64,000 nt of DNA from an uncultured virus (IMG/VR IMGVR_UViG_3300037458_001243) (Duplodnaviria; Heunggongvirae; Uroviricota; Caudoviricetes). The notes under the pieces were generated by a model that was not told where the DNA came from, searched no databases, and saw only the letters and a program-made list of their open reading frames with translations. How positions within the stretch are numbered: position 1 is the stretch's first letter; every line of letters starts with the position of its first letter. Below, in pieces: positions 36,301-46,254 of the stretch. The DNA is taken from IMG/VR virus record IMGVR_UViG_3300037458_001243; one strand, given 5' to 3'. The position numbers and the translations under genes are program-made.

Positions 36301-39300
36301 GGATATGCCCAGCTCCGACATCATCCAGTTGAACTCGCCACGTATTTCCCGCTCGGTCTCAGTTTCCGGAATCGGTAGAGGCTTCCACTCTACGTCACCC
36401 AGGGCAGACGGAAGGACTGCGAGTTTCGATTCGTCGGGAACCGTGCCGGTAACCGGTTGTGTAACTGCTTCACGGCCCCTATTCTGTTCGAGGTCTTTCC
36501 CAGTTACACGAAGTTCAGCCTTTCGGCGTGCCCCGCGTAAATCAACCGGAATACCGTTTTGATCGAGATATTCACGCTCGGGCGGAGCTTTGGAAAATGG
36601 GGTTTTACCTTCCTCGACTTGTTTTGCCGTGATGGTAGCGCCTTCAGGAGATACTCTTTTCCGCAGCGCTTTCCCAGTGAATAGCTCTCCTTGAGGGCTC
36701 CATGGAGTCGTTTCGCCAGAAAGCAATCCGGTCGGCGGTACGCCAGTACGAACTCTGGGCGCTGCTTCTGGCAGCTTACCTAACCCCTCTATGTCGCGTT
36801 GTGGCCGTTCACCAGACAGCTTCTCCAGCTCCTTGGGAGTTTTCTGTACGTTGTACTCGTGCTGCAACCACGCTTCACCATATAACCGCTGATCGTCCGC
36901 CGCTGACCGGTCCCAAGCAGGGTCCTTAATACCGGCGCGTTCCAGAAGATCGAGCACGGCTTCGCTGTCGTTCAGTGCGTTGTCGTCACGTAGGGTACGG
37001 TCTTGGTAGACTTCGCGCACCTCTGCGATCAGGCTTCGGACCATACGCAGTTTATCATTACGATTAAGGAACGTATTACGTAAGCTAGCTATAAACCCGC
37101 CAAGAACACTGGGGATATTAAGTAGTGCTGCGTCACCTTTCTTAGCCGGAAGCCCCTTAGCTTTTCGATCAAACGCTTCTTGTCTGCTTCGGACAGTTTT
37201 CTGATATTCCTGCTCTAGTTCGCTTAATCTTTCAGTTTGAGCCGCTGCTTCCTTTTGTAGGAACGTTATTCTCTTAATTAGCCCTTGTAGCGAACCCTTC
37301 ACTTCTAACACGTCGCCGACAGTTATGAATTCACGAGTCTTAGGATCGTACTTCAGTATCCAACCACGTAGCGGGCTGTTTTCAGGGAGGTTATCAAAGT
37401 CAACCAACGACAAATCGGTCTTTATGCCGTCAGTGGTTTGGTATTTCCACATTTTCGCCGGGACAGGCTTACCATCTTTATCCTTCCTGATGCTGCCGTC
37501 TGGGTTCCTTAGATAAACTGGCTGATTCTTTGCATCCTTCTTGTCCACCAACTGGGTATGAGTCTCGGTGGGCATCGGCCGCAAACTGTGCGCGAGTTTG
37601 GTGCGTAATACTTCAAAGCCCTTGACCAGCGCCGCAATGCGGTCCATGTGGGTTCCGGAAACGGCATCCAGGCCCCGCATGGCGGTATAGCCCACTTTTA
37701 CCACGTCGTCCAGCGTCAGCTCCGCCGAGGCCCCGGTGGTTAAGTGGGAGGCGTCATTTTCGTGGTACTTCAGATAGGCGCGGACGAACAGGTCGATAAT
37801 GCCGTTGAAGTCGTCAACCTTGACAGCGTGATAATCCTGGTCCTCACCTTTGTAAACGTAAAGAGGAATTCCCATCTGTTCGGCAAGTGCTTTATGGACG
37901 ATCACCATGCCGCGCCCTTGCGTGACCAGACGGGAAGGGTCTTTGAGCAGTTCGGCTCGTTTGGCTTCGTTCAGCAGGTATTTCTGTACTATCGGGCTAT
38001 CATAGTTTTCCAACCGGCCGTTGATTTCTACTCGGGCTTTCCCTTCGAAGAACACGGCATTGTCGAAGCCCATTGCCGCCAGTACCGACCGACCGAAGTC
38101 CTTGATTTTCTCCCGTTCCAAGCCGCTACGGCCGGCGTTAAATACGCGATCCTGCCCTAGCGCTTCATCGACCTTCGACACCAACGCTCGAATTTGGCGG
38201 CGTACCTCCGGGTTTGACCAATCTCGTTTCCGCAAGTCTTCGATGGTTAGGCCTAGATCAGAGAGCGCCTGGTTCATGGCGTTGACCATGCGCTGGATCA
38301 GCGGGTGTTTTAGGTTGGCCCCCGCCGAGAACACCACTCCGGAGTTGCGCTTGCTGGATTCAGACATCCGGGATGCGCTGCGTCGCCGCTCCTCCACCAG
38401 AGTAGCCAGCGAGTCCAGGGTAGCGCGGGACAGCCCGCCCTCCATCTGAACCAGGTCGGCGTCCGTACCCGGCTTGGCGGTTTCCTTAACATAGACGATT
38501 TCCCGGCCGTCCGGAGTCTTGTGCTTGCCCAGCTCGAACTCTACGTCGATACCGGACTGATTCAGCATCAGGGTCCGGGTCACCAGAGTATGCTGCATCG
38601 CAGCAGGCAGTGCTCCGAAGATTGTGTTGCCGTACTCGGCGGCGAACCGAACGCCCAGCTTGGCGTCGCCCACCTCCAGCGAACGCGTACCGCCCGCGTT
38701 GAGCAAACTGCCAGGGTCCAGTTCGTCGCTTACCGGCGTCGCTTCGACGTGCGAGTACACCTGACCGGCTTTCTCACGGGTATTCCTGCCGGCGGTGCTG
38801 AAGACCGTGGAGCGCAGCGCCAGGATGTGAGTGAGGGTTTCCGGGCGTTCCTGGGTTTCGAGGCCATCGTCGTAGCGCAGAGTATCCGCGATACTGTCGT
38901 CAGTGGGCTCGTACTGTTCGTAAGTATCCAGGAACCCGCCGTCGTAGTCAGTTTCCGGCATCGACTCTTCGTCGGTTTCTTCTGCCGATTCCTGGCTGCG
39001 CTGTTCGCGCAGAAGATCGTCTACGGTAAGCTCGTTGCTCTCCTTGCGTTGTAAAGATTCGTGGAGATTTACCAACGTTTGTAAGAACCGCTCACTAGGA
39101 ACGCGTTCGCCAAGTAAATCCTGGTAAGCTAGTCGAGCTGCTTTGAGGTCTTCTGGTATTACATTAGGGTCAACCGCCAGCTCTTGCATTACAGCCTCAA
39201 GATTTTGCCGGTCATCTACCCTAGCAATAGCGGTTAGTGCGTGTTTGACTGCTGCGTACTTTCCATCGGCGCCTAGCGCGCGCATTTGCAGGAACGGTAA

Positions 39301-42300
39301 GAACTCCGGCGTAGCCCCCGACAGATTGTGTCCTACCGCCTCTCGCGCCTTCGACACTACATCGTTACCCAGATTGGTAGCCAGCATCTTCTCAAGAGCC
39401 AGGTTTACCATACGGCTGGCGCGGTCTTCAGGCTTGGCGATGATGGCGCGGTACAGGTCTTTGTTGAACGCTCCTTGATTCTGGTTAGTAAGAATCTGGA
39501 GTATTACTGGGTTAGTACGTAGTGCCTTAGCAATTTCATCGCCCAGCCACTCAGTAATGGAGTCTACTTCGACAGGCGAGCTTAGATAAGCGTCCCTTAG
39601 CCCATCCCGGTAATTAGCCGGCAGGTCGTGGAACAGGCCGTTCTTAATGAGGAAGTGCCCAAACTGCCGCATCAGGGTGTCGGGGTCGTCGTAGTAGAGC
39701 CCGGAATTCAACCAGGCATAATCGCCTCGGAATCCCTCATCCCCCGCAGCGGTTTCGAAGGGATGGACAACTATGTCGTTCCCGTCGATTGCCGACGCTG
39801 CGATAGGGATGTCGTTGATACCGAACGCCAGTTTCCACGCCTGCAACCAGGTTTGATCCAGGCTGTTAGGTTCGGCCCGCTCCAACGTCCGCCACTGCTC
39901 CCAGGCGTCCTTGAATGTTGCCGAGTTCAACAGAGTTCTAATGCTATCTCTTTGGTCTCGGGTAGCGGTTTTATCCGCATCGACGAAATCTTGAAATTGC
40001 TTGCTGATCTGGTCGAAATCCTTGGCCGTCGCGAGCAATCTGTTCAGCTCGTTCATCCACTTTCGATGCAGTTGGGTGAGCCCCGACGTGGCCCCGAGCA
40101 GATCGTTCAATTCCTGTTCGGCCTTCGGGCCAAGCTGCTGCCGTTCGAGCTGTAGCCCCTGCTGGTAGCCCACCGCCGTGCCAAAGGTCTTGGCGATGGT
40201 AGCCGCGCCGATCAAGTCGGTCAGGGCGTTGGCCAGTTCCGGAGCCCGAGCTCCCCAGGCGGCTTTCAGTTGTTGGGCGGTGACCGCGCCGAACTTGGCC
40301 AGCTCCGTGTGTCGGCGCAGGCTGAACCAGGAGTATTGCTGGTCGAGCGCGAGCCGGCCCTGGGCAATTATCTGAGAAACCAGCTTGGTACGGGTTACCT
40401 CGTCCGGCAACTTCCGCGCCGCCTCGTCGGCCTGTTTCAGCGCCTTAGCCCAGCGGTCGTAGACAGCCCAGGCGTCGTGGGAAACCACGGAGGCGTTCAT
40501 CAGGTCGCGGGCTGCTCGCACTTGCTCGGCGAAGTCCTTCTCGCCCACGGCATACAGCAGGCGTTGCAGCGTGGCGGTGACCTCCGGGAACCAGCCCTGA
40601 GTCTCGGCCCACCGATGGCGGTTCCGCTCGGCAGCCTCCATCACGAACCGGGCCACGGCGGTGTTCGGGGTCCTGGCGCGCAGCAAAGAACCCTTACCCT
40701 TGGTCAGCGCCTCAATACGCTGGTACAACTGCCTGAACCGGGCCACCAGCCGGTTAATCCACCGCCTGACTAGGGGTTGCTGCTTTTCGAGGAACGCCAG
40801 TACTTGCGGGTCGTTGACCAGCACGCCGGCTATCTGGTCGGCCAGCCACTCCCGTTTGCTCAGAATGTACGGTTCGGTCTGGCCTTCGCCCACCTGCATC
40901 AACCGGGCTTTGGTTTTGTCAGACATCTTCGCCGGTTCCCGCAGTTGGACAACGCGGCTGGATTTCTGGATATCTGCGGGGTCCCGGCCTGCTTGCGCTT
41001 TGCGCCAGGCCGCGTAGGCGGCGTCGACCGCTTTCTTCACCTCGGGCGAAGCTTTTTCCCAAGCTTCGATGTCGAGCCAGTGCCCTACTTCGTGCCCTAT
41101 CGTCGTGTAGATGACGGTTTGGTTGGCTTTCAGCTTCAGATCGTCGGGTCCTGCGCGCTCGCTGAGAATCCCCAGATAGTCGGGGTTGATCCAGAGGGCC
41201 GGCGCCGGTCCTGCCGGGTCCAGCGCCGCTGCCCCCGCTTCGCTCACGCCCTGGGCCTTCATGGCATCAGTTAGCGCGGACGTAACCATCAGGTCGGGCA
41301 AGCCTAGCAGCCGAGTCAGGTCGTTAACGAACGCCTTAGCTTTTGCATAGCCCCTGGAAACCTCGGCTCTCGTGTAAACACGTTGGGGAGCGGCAGGCGT
41401 AGGAGCGGCAGGCGTAGGAGCGGCAGGCGTAGGAGCGGCAGGCGTAGGAGCGGCAGGCGTAGGAGCGGCAGGCGTAGGAGCGGCAGGCGTAGGAGCGGCA
41501 GGCGCAGCAGTAGGTAATTGAGCCAGCACTTCAACAATCTTCTGCTGGGTTGGCCACTCTTCACCCCAACGGGTACCTCGGAGGTTCCCCTCACCTTTGG
41601 CTTTCTTCTCTCCTACCAGAGCTCGGGCAAATCCAGAGGCATGGACATCTTGGCTTTCAGGACCAGAGAAAAACCGCGCGCCGAGTGCGTCCAGGCTTTG
41701 TAACAAGGAAGGCCGGATAATCTTGCTCAGCTCGGCTTTCATCGCGTCGGACAAAAGCGGGATGCCGGTATCCCGGTGAGCTATCCGGCCGGTCTGCGGG
41801 TCAGGCGTGGCGCCGGGGACCGGCTCACGAATAGTCGCGTTCCAGGCAGCGGCCAGATGACGGACGTTAAGCCGTTTGAACGCATCCCATTGCTGATTGT
41901 TCAACCAACCAGGTTTAGCCCCCCAACCTTGACGGGGTCCTTGAGGCACGCCGTTGACGACGTTGGAGAAGACGCTAAGTTCGGCAAGGTCTTTAATTTC
42001 CTTGGGGGTCAGACGGTTTATGGTTTCCGTTCGAGCGGTAGCGTCGTCGATATCGAAGGGGGTAGTTATCTGGGCTACTGTTCGCTGCGCGCCTGAGGCA
42101 ACTTGCCCTTGCTCATTAGGCGTCGGCGTAGGTGTTGGAGGGGGGGTACGTTCTTCGTTTAATGCCCGTTGAACGGCGTCTCTTAGTAAAACACGAAGAG
42201 ATGATTCTATCTCTTTCTTTTCGTCCTGGTTATCGGCCAACTCCATTTCGTTAATTAATCGTTGCGCACCTCGCCTTTCTTCCTGCGTCAGATTCAAGCG

Positions 42301-44514
42301 TAAAGTGTCATAACCACCTCCAGAAGCCGAGATTTGCCCATCCGATTCTATATTAATAAAAGCGTCTTTCCCTTGGGCTAACCGCTCCTTTATACGCGGT
42401 TTTGCACGAAAATCTTCATAAAACCGGCGGCTAAGTTCCTCTTCGCTTATTTGCCCTTGAGCGCCTTGGCCCGTTGGCTGCGCGCCTGGGGCGACTTGCC
42501 CTTGCTCACGAAGATTGCCGCCGCCTTGGACTGTGCCCGGTTGTACTGAGGGCTGTCCTTCTTGGCCCCCTGGGCCAGCTTGTCCCTGATCGACTCGTAC
42601 TGTTTCGGCATCGGTAATTTCTCCGGGTTGTGCTATGCTTTCTCCAGGCAGACCTGGAGTACCTGTAGATGGAACAGTCTCAGCAGCACTCGATCCAGTG
42701 GATATCCCTGGCACCCCCGCCTCCGTCGTCGGTAGAGGTGGAGATGGTCCGAACGCTGGAGGCGATCCAGGCGGTGGAGGCGTACCTGAAGTTGACTCAG
42801 GTACAGGAAGGCCTGCTTCAGATGCTGGAGGCGCTTGACGGGGTTGACTGAGGTACGACGCCGCGCCGCCCGGCGCCGCGAACACGCCGCCGAAAATCAT
42901 GCCGGCAACGCCCGCTTCCAGGTACCGGGTCAGGTTCTCGGGCGTGGTCAGCCGGTCGAGCAAGGGTACGGACTGGTCGGGGTTTTGCAGTTCCTGAGTG
43001 GCGACGGCGATAATTTCCTGCGCCGCTTCGGTGGAACCTTCAACCCCCATGCCGCCCAGCACCCGCTTGGCAACTTCTCCCACTAGCGACTTAGCAGCGC
43101 TGGTAGCCGCTTCCTCGGTCGCGCCGCCCAGCAGCTTGGCCAGCGGCGCCACGGCGTAGTGCAGCGCGGCGGTATCCAGCAAGCCGGCCACCGCGCCGCC
43201 GGCCAGCGACAAACCGGGGCTGACCTGCTCGGGGCCGTAGGCCTGTTTGGTGTCTTCGTAGATGTGGCCGGCTTCCAGCGTGGTCGAGCCCAGCCAGGCA
43301 CCCGGCAGCGCGGCGCGCGATGCGTACATGCGCCGCAGCCAGGCTTCCGGGTTGGCGGCGACTCGGGTCGCGGCGGCATGGATTATTCCCGGCGCTGCGT
43401 TGACGCCGGCCGCGCCCAACGATTTGGCGGCTTGTGCGGCCAGGGTCCGCTCGGCTTGTTTGATGGCGAGGCCCCGCAACATGCCAACACCGGTTGCTTC
43501 TGCGGCATCAGCCACGCCGGCCCGCGCCGCCAGGTTACCCAGCGCCGCCGTTCCGACGCCACGCGCCGCCAACCCGGCCACCGTACCAATTCCAGAGGTG
43601 GCTACGGCGGTGCCTAGCATGGCCAGGGTACTGGGTACGGCTTCGCCCAGCGTCTCCAGCCCCCATTGCAGAGCGTTGACCTTACCTTCCCAGGCATCCT
43701 CCAAAGTACCGACCTTGGGGATGGCCCGCGCCTTGGCCTCATGCTCCATGTAGCCGGCTTCGCCGGTACGCTGCAACCAGTTGGTAATCCGGTCGCGCAA
43801 GGTAAGCTGGTCTTCAGGAAGATTGCGGGGTTCGCGCGTTCCGGCGTTGTCTGCCAGCAGATCACCTACTGCCGACACCGTGCCGTAGGCTCCAGCCGTC
43901 ATGCCTTCGAGCCCGCGCGCCACGCTGGATTTGAGCGCTTCGCCGGCCGTGCGGTTTCTCAGGTCGAACACAACCGGCTCAGGGATATCGACTTGCGGTG
44001 CCCGGCCCTGGTAAGCGGCGATGGCCCGCTCCCGGTAGTCGGGCTCGCTGAGCTGGTTGTAGCGGCGCCGGGACTCGGCGGCGTGCGGGGCTACCGGCGC
44101 TTTGTTGTAGTTGGTGGATGGTGCGATGCCTTGCTCCACCATCATGCCGTACACGCTCCGGCCTTCGGGAGTGACTTCGTCGGCCACGGTACGCCCGTAC
44201 TTATCCTGACCGTACCGAACAGGCGTGGTATTCGGGTTTTGCGCGAACAACTGCGCCGCGCGAGCGTAGGCTTCCTGACCTTCGGGAATGAGCTGGCCGG
44301 TTCGTTTGTCCTGGAGCTCGGCTGCGTTGACACCGTAGCCGCGAAACACCTCACCTGACGGCCGCGCTAACGTATCAGCGTCGCGCATGGTGCCCTGGGG
44401 GGCAGCCAACTGTCCGTAGTTGGTGGGTAGGTCGCCCGGCGTAACCGGAGAATTCGGCTGTTCGGCAAGCTTGCGAGCGTCCAGTTCGGCCAGTCGTTCC
44501 GCGAAGGTCATCAT
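33376..44514 (-). CDS. Giant polyvalent internal-virion/DNA-ejection protein (3712 aa)
   Basis: Last gene of the structural operon; SNase-like N-terminus; Gly/Ala-rich hydrophobic segments with EGSTEAAQE; HEVGH and HEMGH zincin motifs; C-terminal region typical of ejection proteins. Confidence 0.8.
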   Translation of the reverse strand: MMTFAERLAELDARKLAEQPNSPVTPGDLPTNYGQLAAPQGTMRDADTLARPSGEVFRGYGVNAAELQDKRTGQLIPEGQEAYARAAQLFAQNPNTTPVRYGQDKYGRTVADEVTPEGRSVYGMMVEQGIAPSTNYNKAPVAPHAAESRRRYNQLSEPDYRERAIAAYQGRAPQVDIPEPVVFDLRNRTAGEALKSSVARGLEGMTAGAYGTVSAVGDLLADNAGTREPRNLPEDQLTLRDRITNWLQRTGEAGYMEHEAKARAIPKVGTLEDAWEGKVNALQWGLETLGEAVPSTLAMLGTAVATSGIGTVAGLAARGVGTAALGNLAARAGVADAAEATGVGMLRGLAIKQAERTLAAQAAKSLGAAGVNAAPGIIHAAATRVAANPEAWLRRMYASRAALPGAWLGSTTLEAGHIYEDTKQAYGPEQVSPGLSLAGGAVAGLLDTAALHYAVAPLAKLLGGATEEAATSAAKSLVGEVAKRVLGGMGVEGSTEAAQEIIAVATQELQNPDQSVPLLDRLTTPENLTRYLEAGVAGMIFGGVFAAPGGAASYLSQPRQAPPASEAGLPVPESTSGTPPPPGSPPAFGPSPPLPTTEAGVPGISTGSSAAETVPSTGTPGLPGESIAQPGEITDAETVRVDQGQAGPGGQEGQPSVQPGTVQGGGNLREQGQVAPGAQPTGQGAQGQISEEELSRRFYEDFRAKPRIKERLAQGKDAFINIESDGQISASGGGYDTLRLNLTQEERRGAQRLINEMELADNQDEKKEIESSLRVLLRDAVQRALNEERTPPPTPTPTPNEQGQVASGAQRTVAQITTPFDIDDATARTETINRLTPKEIKDLAELSVFSNVVNGVPQGPRQGWGAKPGWLNNQQWDAFKRLNVRHLAAAWNATIREPVPGATPDPQTGRIAHRDTGIPLLSDAMKAELSKIIRPSLLQSLDALGARFFSGPESQDVHASGFARALVGEKKAKGEGNLRGTRWGEEWPTQQKIVEVLAQLPTAAPAAPTPAAPTPAAPTPAAPTPAAPTPAAPTPAAPTPAAPQRVYTRAEVSRGYAKAKAFVNDLTRLLGLPDLMVTSALTDAMKAQGVSEAGAAALDPAGPAPALWINPDYLGILSERAGPDDLKLKANQTVIYTTIGHEVGHWLDIEAWEKASPEVKKAVDAAYAAWRKAQAGRDPADIQKSSRVVQLREPAKMSDKTKARLMQVGEGQTEPYILSKREWLADQIAGVLVNDPQVLAFLEKQQPLVRRWINRLVARFRQLYQRIEALTKGKGSLLRARTPNTAVARFVMEAAERNRHRWAETQGWFPEVTATLQRLLYAVGEKDFAEQVRAARDLMNASVVSHDAWAVYDRWAKALKQADEAARKLPDEVTRTKLVSQIIAQGRLALDQQYSWFSLRRHTELAKFGAVTAQQLKAAWGARAPELANALTDLIGAATIAKTFGTAVGYQQGLQLERQQLGPKAEQELNDLLGATSGLTQLHRKWMNELNRLLATAKDFDQISKQFQDFVDADKTATRDQRDSIRTLLNSATFKDAWEQWRTLERAEPNSLDQTWLQAWKLAFGINDIPIAASAIDGNDIVVHPFETAAGDEGFRGDYAWLNSGLYYDDPDTLMRQFGHFLIKNGLFHDLPANYRDGLRDAYLSSPVEVDSITEWLGDEIAKALRTNPVILQILTNQNQGAFNKDLYRAIIAKPEDRASRMVNLALEKMLATNLGNDVVSKAREAVGHNLSGATPEFLPFLQMRALGADGKYAAVKHALTAIARVDDRQNLEAVMQELAVDPNVIPEDLKAARLAYQDLLGERVPSERFLQTLVNLHESLQRKESNELTVDDLLREQRSQESAEETDEESMPETDYDGGFLDTYEQYEPTDDSIADTLRYDDGLETQERPETLTHILALRSTVFSTAGRNTREKAGQVYSHVEATPVSDELDPGSLLNAGGTRSLEVGDAKLGVRFAAEYGNTIFGALPAAMQHTLVTRTLMLNQSGIDVEFELGKHKTPDGREIVYVKETAKPGTDADLVQMEGGLSRATLDSLATLVEERRRSASRMSESSKRNSGVVFSAGANLKHPLIQRMVNAMNQALSDLGLTIEDLRKRDWSNPEVRRQIRALVSKVDEALGQDRVFNAGRSGLEREKIKDFGRSVLAAMGFDNAVFFEGKARVEINGRLENYDSPIVQKYLLNEAKRAELLKDPSRLVTQGRGMVIVHKALAEQMGIPLYVYKGEDQDYHAVKVDDFNGIIDLFVRAYLKYHENDASHLTTGASAELTLDDVVKVGYTAMRGLDAVSGTHMDRIAALVKGFEVLRTKLAHSLRPMPTETHTQLVDKKDAKNQPVYLRNPDGSIRKDKDGKPVPAKMWKYQTTDGIKTDLSLVDFDNLPENSPLRGWILKYDPKTREFITVGDVLEVKGSLQGLIKRITFLQKEAAAQTERLSELEQEYQKTVRSRQEAFDRKAKGLPAKKGDAALLNIPSVLGGFIASLRNTFLNRNDKLRMVRSLIAEVREVYQDRTLRDDNALNDSEAVLDLLERAGIKDPAWDRSAADDQRLYGEAWLQHEYNVQKTPKELEKLSGERPQRDIEGLGKLPEAAPRVRTGVPPTGLLSGETTPWSPQGELFTGKALRKRVSPEGATITAKQVEEGKTPFSKAPPEREYLDQNGIPVDLRGARRKAELRVTGKDLEQNRGREAVTQPVTGTVPDESKLAVLPSALGDVEWKPLPIPETETEREIRGEFNWMMSELGISAAVLHHIDLLQRRGEMPTFRQLLDELALTEQADEIVAMAQDDPYFTVYKDGVPHVYLITQGEDYDTVRAKLAHEMGHVFYRTNLSDLKKAKTGPRATVWKHLVKEATGGQPRIATDDLMVDEYVASRMQRILLGLDKPVEVKGPPLVRKFIDYLLDRLRGFYDRLFGTTGRAKTRDSKQFVDNFLSGVLATIQYRNAVMQQNGVLSDLKEGMETLLNQQPDYSPGIRYYAGQKLLESTRAGKFTADRARGVWRHVKSLHHHITKTLDARLRSELDPNGKPLAALTALADLIVRAPGAAAPAPYTYRDMTIDFARKASYFEGFRPAWLRQAAGKALWVNEAFDNLTDSQKQDLMRRYVVARDANQLATAPVEVKNMAKLFERLKDYYKDVLNSHVGSQSTELPRIWNKDALTANKQDFLDMLTIKYSWKIPEAEDAYNHLLTEVSLYRGEDYSFYAPHLALARLNSDLASVKDIDLLPFLRVTTEPEATMKEYATQLIKRVEFERRFAAWVIIPTGGSVDYSLQGSVPALHDPAKHGNLYWDSNENSWMSQKGTDKYKVRWDQTVKLRILYNAALAEGATPSQLRFMIKAMDAVLGRAGADFDPNLRRLSSLIVTGMNWALLPLAVTTNLAGLAVPAIRANGAMGASWRGLTTALGEMRKKGELYQIATANGVVMDNLRGLYGRAYLDTPFMDQTFRKLNDTFFRYNGMEWLDNLTRLTAFATGIEWFKGLAAKPGAESDALLKQLGLTHADLTKWLDPNGLNGKLTAPPGSPQATTAYKIQVALNQFVAESAMHPDATQRPLWASHPAAMVVWHLKSFLWSYGHVVMGRMLREFSRADSYGKKALILALPWALMVPLAMLGTVVREEIRDGLWGKPARREKEPEDYVMDILSRTGLLGPLQLALDANRSAGYGTPIYTALAGPFATSMDQMIRKIGGAGEGRLAQETTDAILRISPIIGALPDTRRALLEQMFR
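41387..41504 (-). repeat. Perfect 15-nt tandem repeat encoding (PTPAA)x7
   Basis: ggagcggcaggcgta repeated. Confidence 0.95.
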
Positions 44515-44524
44515 GGATTATGCC

Positions 44525-46228
44525 TCACTGCGGCGCGTTCGCGCCAAAATACCGAGTAAAACCTTCGTTAGCGTTGGGGTCTTTAAAACCGAGCCATCCG
44601 CCTGTACCCTCGTAGGTTTTACGCCACGCATCCAACTGTAACAGATCGCTATTGGTCAGCGAGTCGTTGTTAATCCTGGCGACGATCCCAGGAATTTGCT
44701 GGTTCAACGCTGCCAGTTGGGTACCATCCAACCCGCCCGTGGGGTTGACCATTCTCCTGGCGAATTGCTTCACCTGAGCAGGCTGCACGCCACCCTTAGT
44801 CGCTTCCAGGACATCCAACCCTTGCGTCTCCTTGGCGACGTTCCGTCCGAGCTCGCGCAAGTCTTTCTGCTCGGCGTACCTCTGCTGGTAAGCGTCTTTG
44901 CCTCGGGTGTACTCGTCGTTGGCCAGACTTCGTTGAAGCTGCCGTTCCTGGAGTCCGAGCTGAGCCTGCTGGTTCATTAAATTACTGGCGAATTGCGCCG
45001 CGCTACGCGCGTTCTCGGCGCCGGCCTTCATCTCTTCTGCTTGAAGCTCCTTATCGGCCAGGTAGGCTTCACCGATTTGCTTCGCAGCCAGCCGGCCGGC
45101 CTTACCACCAGCTCCGAACCGACGAGCCGTGTCTACCGCCCCCATCATGCGGTCGGCCACCACGTTGGTTGGCGTGTCGCGGTTGATAACCCGCCCGCTG
45201 GCCACGTCCAGCTTATCCGGCCCACTGCCGATTACGTCCACGCCGAAGCTGGCTTTGGGGGTCCGGGCCTCGTTCAGTTCGCGCATAGCATCGGTAGCCC
45301 GATTCAGCCGGGCTACTTCCGCCTGGGTGGCCTGGTCCTGTTCGGCACGAGCCTGTAGATTGCGAGCGGCTTCCGCGTCGGTAGCGGCGCCGGCCCAGAT
45401 ACCTTGTCCGGTACGCGCGCCAGCCAGCGGACCACCGACGCCAGTTGCGCCGGTATCAAACCGCATAGTCGCGGTGCCCTCGGGCCGGGTCGCGGTAGTC
45501 GTGAAGTTCTTAGTGTCGTCGGTATACTTCGCCGCCGGCTGCATACCGGGCGGTGTGGCAGGTGCAGCAAGTGGGGTATTTGGTTTTTTTGCTGTAGCGC
45601 TAAACTTATTAACAGGATTGGTTTGAGGAGCACCAGGCCTAACGATTTCAGGCTTTCCTGTCTGCGCCCTAGCGTTAGCAATAGCTCGATCTACCCGCGC
45701 TTTGTTATTCGCATAGAATACGGGGTTAGCCTCCGCCATATACATAAGGTCTTGGTCAGAGGCAGCATTAACCGGGTTCTCTTGGGCATACATCGCCGAA
45801 GCAATAGACCCCGCCATAGTAGGCACCGCCCCACCAGCCAACCTAGATAAAAACCCACCTCCGCTTGCTGGGGCAGACGCAGCAGGCGGGGCAGCAGGCG
45901 GGGCAGCAGGCGGTGGTGGGGGTCCTATAAACGACCGTGCGGAGTTGGGTGGTAAACCTCCGGCTGCCCTACTAGCCTGCTGCATAGTTTTAACCCGCGC
46001 AATGCCTGCGGCGTTAGAATTAGGCGGCGTAACCGGCGGGGGCGTAAAAGACCCAGCTAACGGCTTGACCCGGTTTAAGTTAATACTTCCTTGAGCGGGG
46101 GGTTGAACAGGCGGCTGAGCCGGGGCGTTAAAGTTTAACGACCCTTGAGCAGGCGGCGTAACCGGCGGGGGAGGAGTTACTTTAGGATTCAACCCCTGCA
46201 CAAGGGGTGGCTTCTGTTTTCTGGCCAT
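44525..46228 (-). CDS. Putative ejection/internal virion protein, Pro/Ala-rich
   Basis: 567 aa; low-complexity N-terminus; precedes the giant protein. Confidence 0.6.
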   Translation of the reverse strand: MARKQKPPLVQGLNPKVTPPPPVTPPAQGSLNFNAPAQPPVQPPAQGSINLNRVKPLAGSFTPPPVTPPNSNAAGIARVKTMQQASRAAGGLPPNSARSFIGPPPPPAAPPAAPPAASAPASGGGFLSRLAGGAVPTMAGSIASAMYAQENPVNAASDQDLMYMAEANPVFYANNKARVDRAIANARAQTGKPEIVRPGAPQTNPVNKFSATAKKPNTPLAAPATPPGMQPAAKYTDDTKNFTTTATRPEGTATMRFDTGATGVGGPLAGARTGQGIWAGAATDAEAARNLQARAEQDQATQAEVARLNRATDAMRELNEARTPKASFGVDVIGSGPDKLDVASGRVINRDTPTNVVADRMMGAVDTARRFGAGGKAGRLAAKQIGEAYLADKELQAEEMKAGAENARSAAQFASNLMNQQAQLGLQERQLQRSLANDEYTRGKDAYQQRYAEQKDLRELGRNVAKETQGLDVLEATKGGVQPAQVKQFARRMVNPTGGLDGTQLAALNQQIPGIVARINNDSLTNSDLLQLDAWRKTYEGTGGWLGFKDPNANEGFTRYFGANAPQ

Positions 46229-46254
46229 GATAGCGCCTCTAATAAAGGGTTAAA

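Noticed and set aside
33829..44358. Many + strand ORFs inside the giant gene (for example 34696..36378)
   Set aside because: Shadow frames of a GC-rich coding strand.
33376..44514. Giant protein as an N4-like virion RNA polymerase
   Set aside because: Size and capsid type suggest it, but I could not find single-subunit or DxDGD polymerase motifs; nuclease-like and zincin motifs fit a polyvalent ejection protein better.
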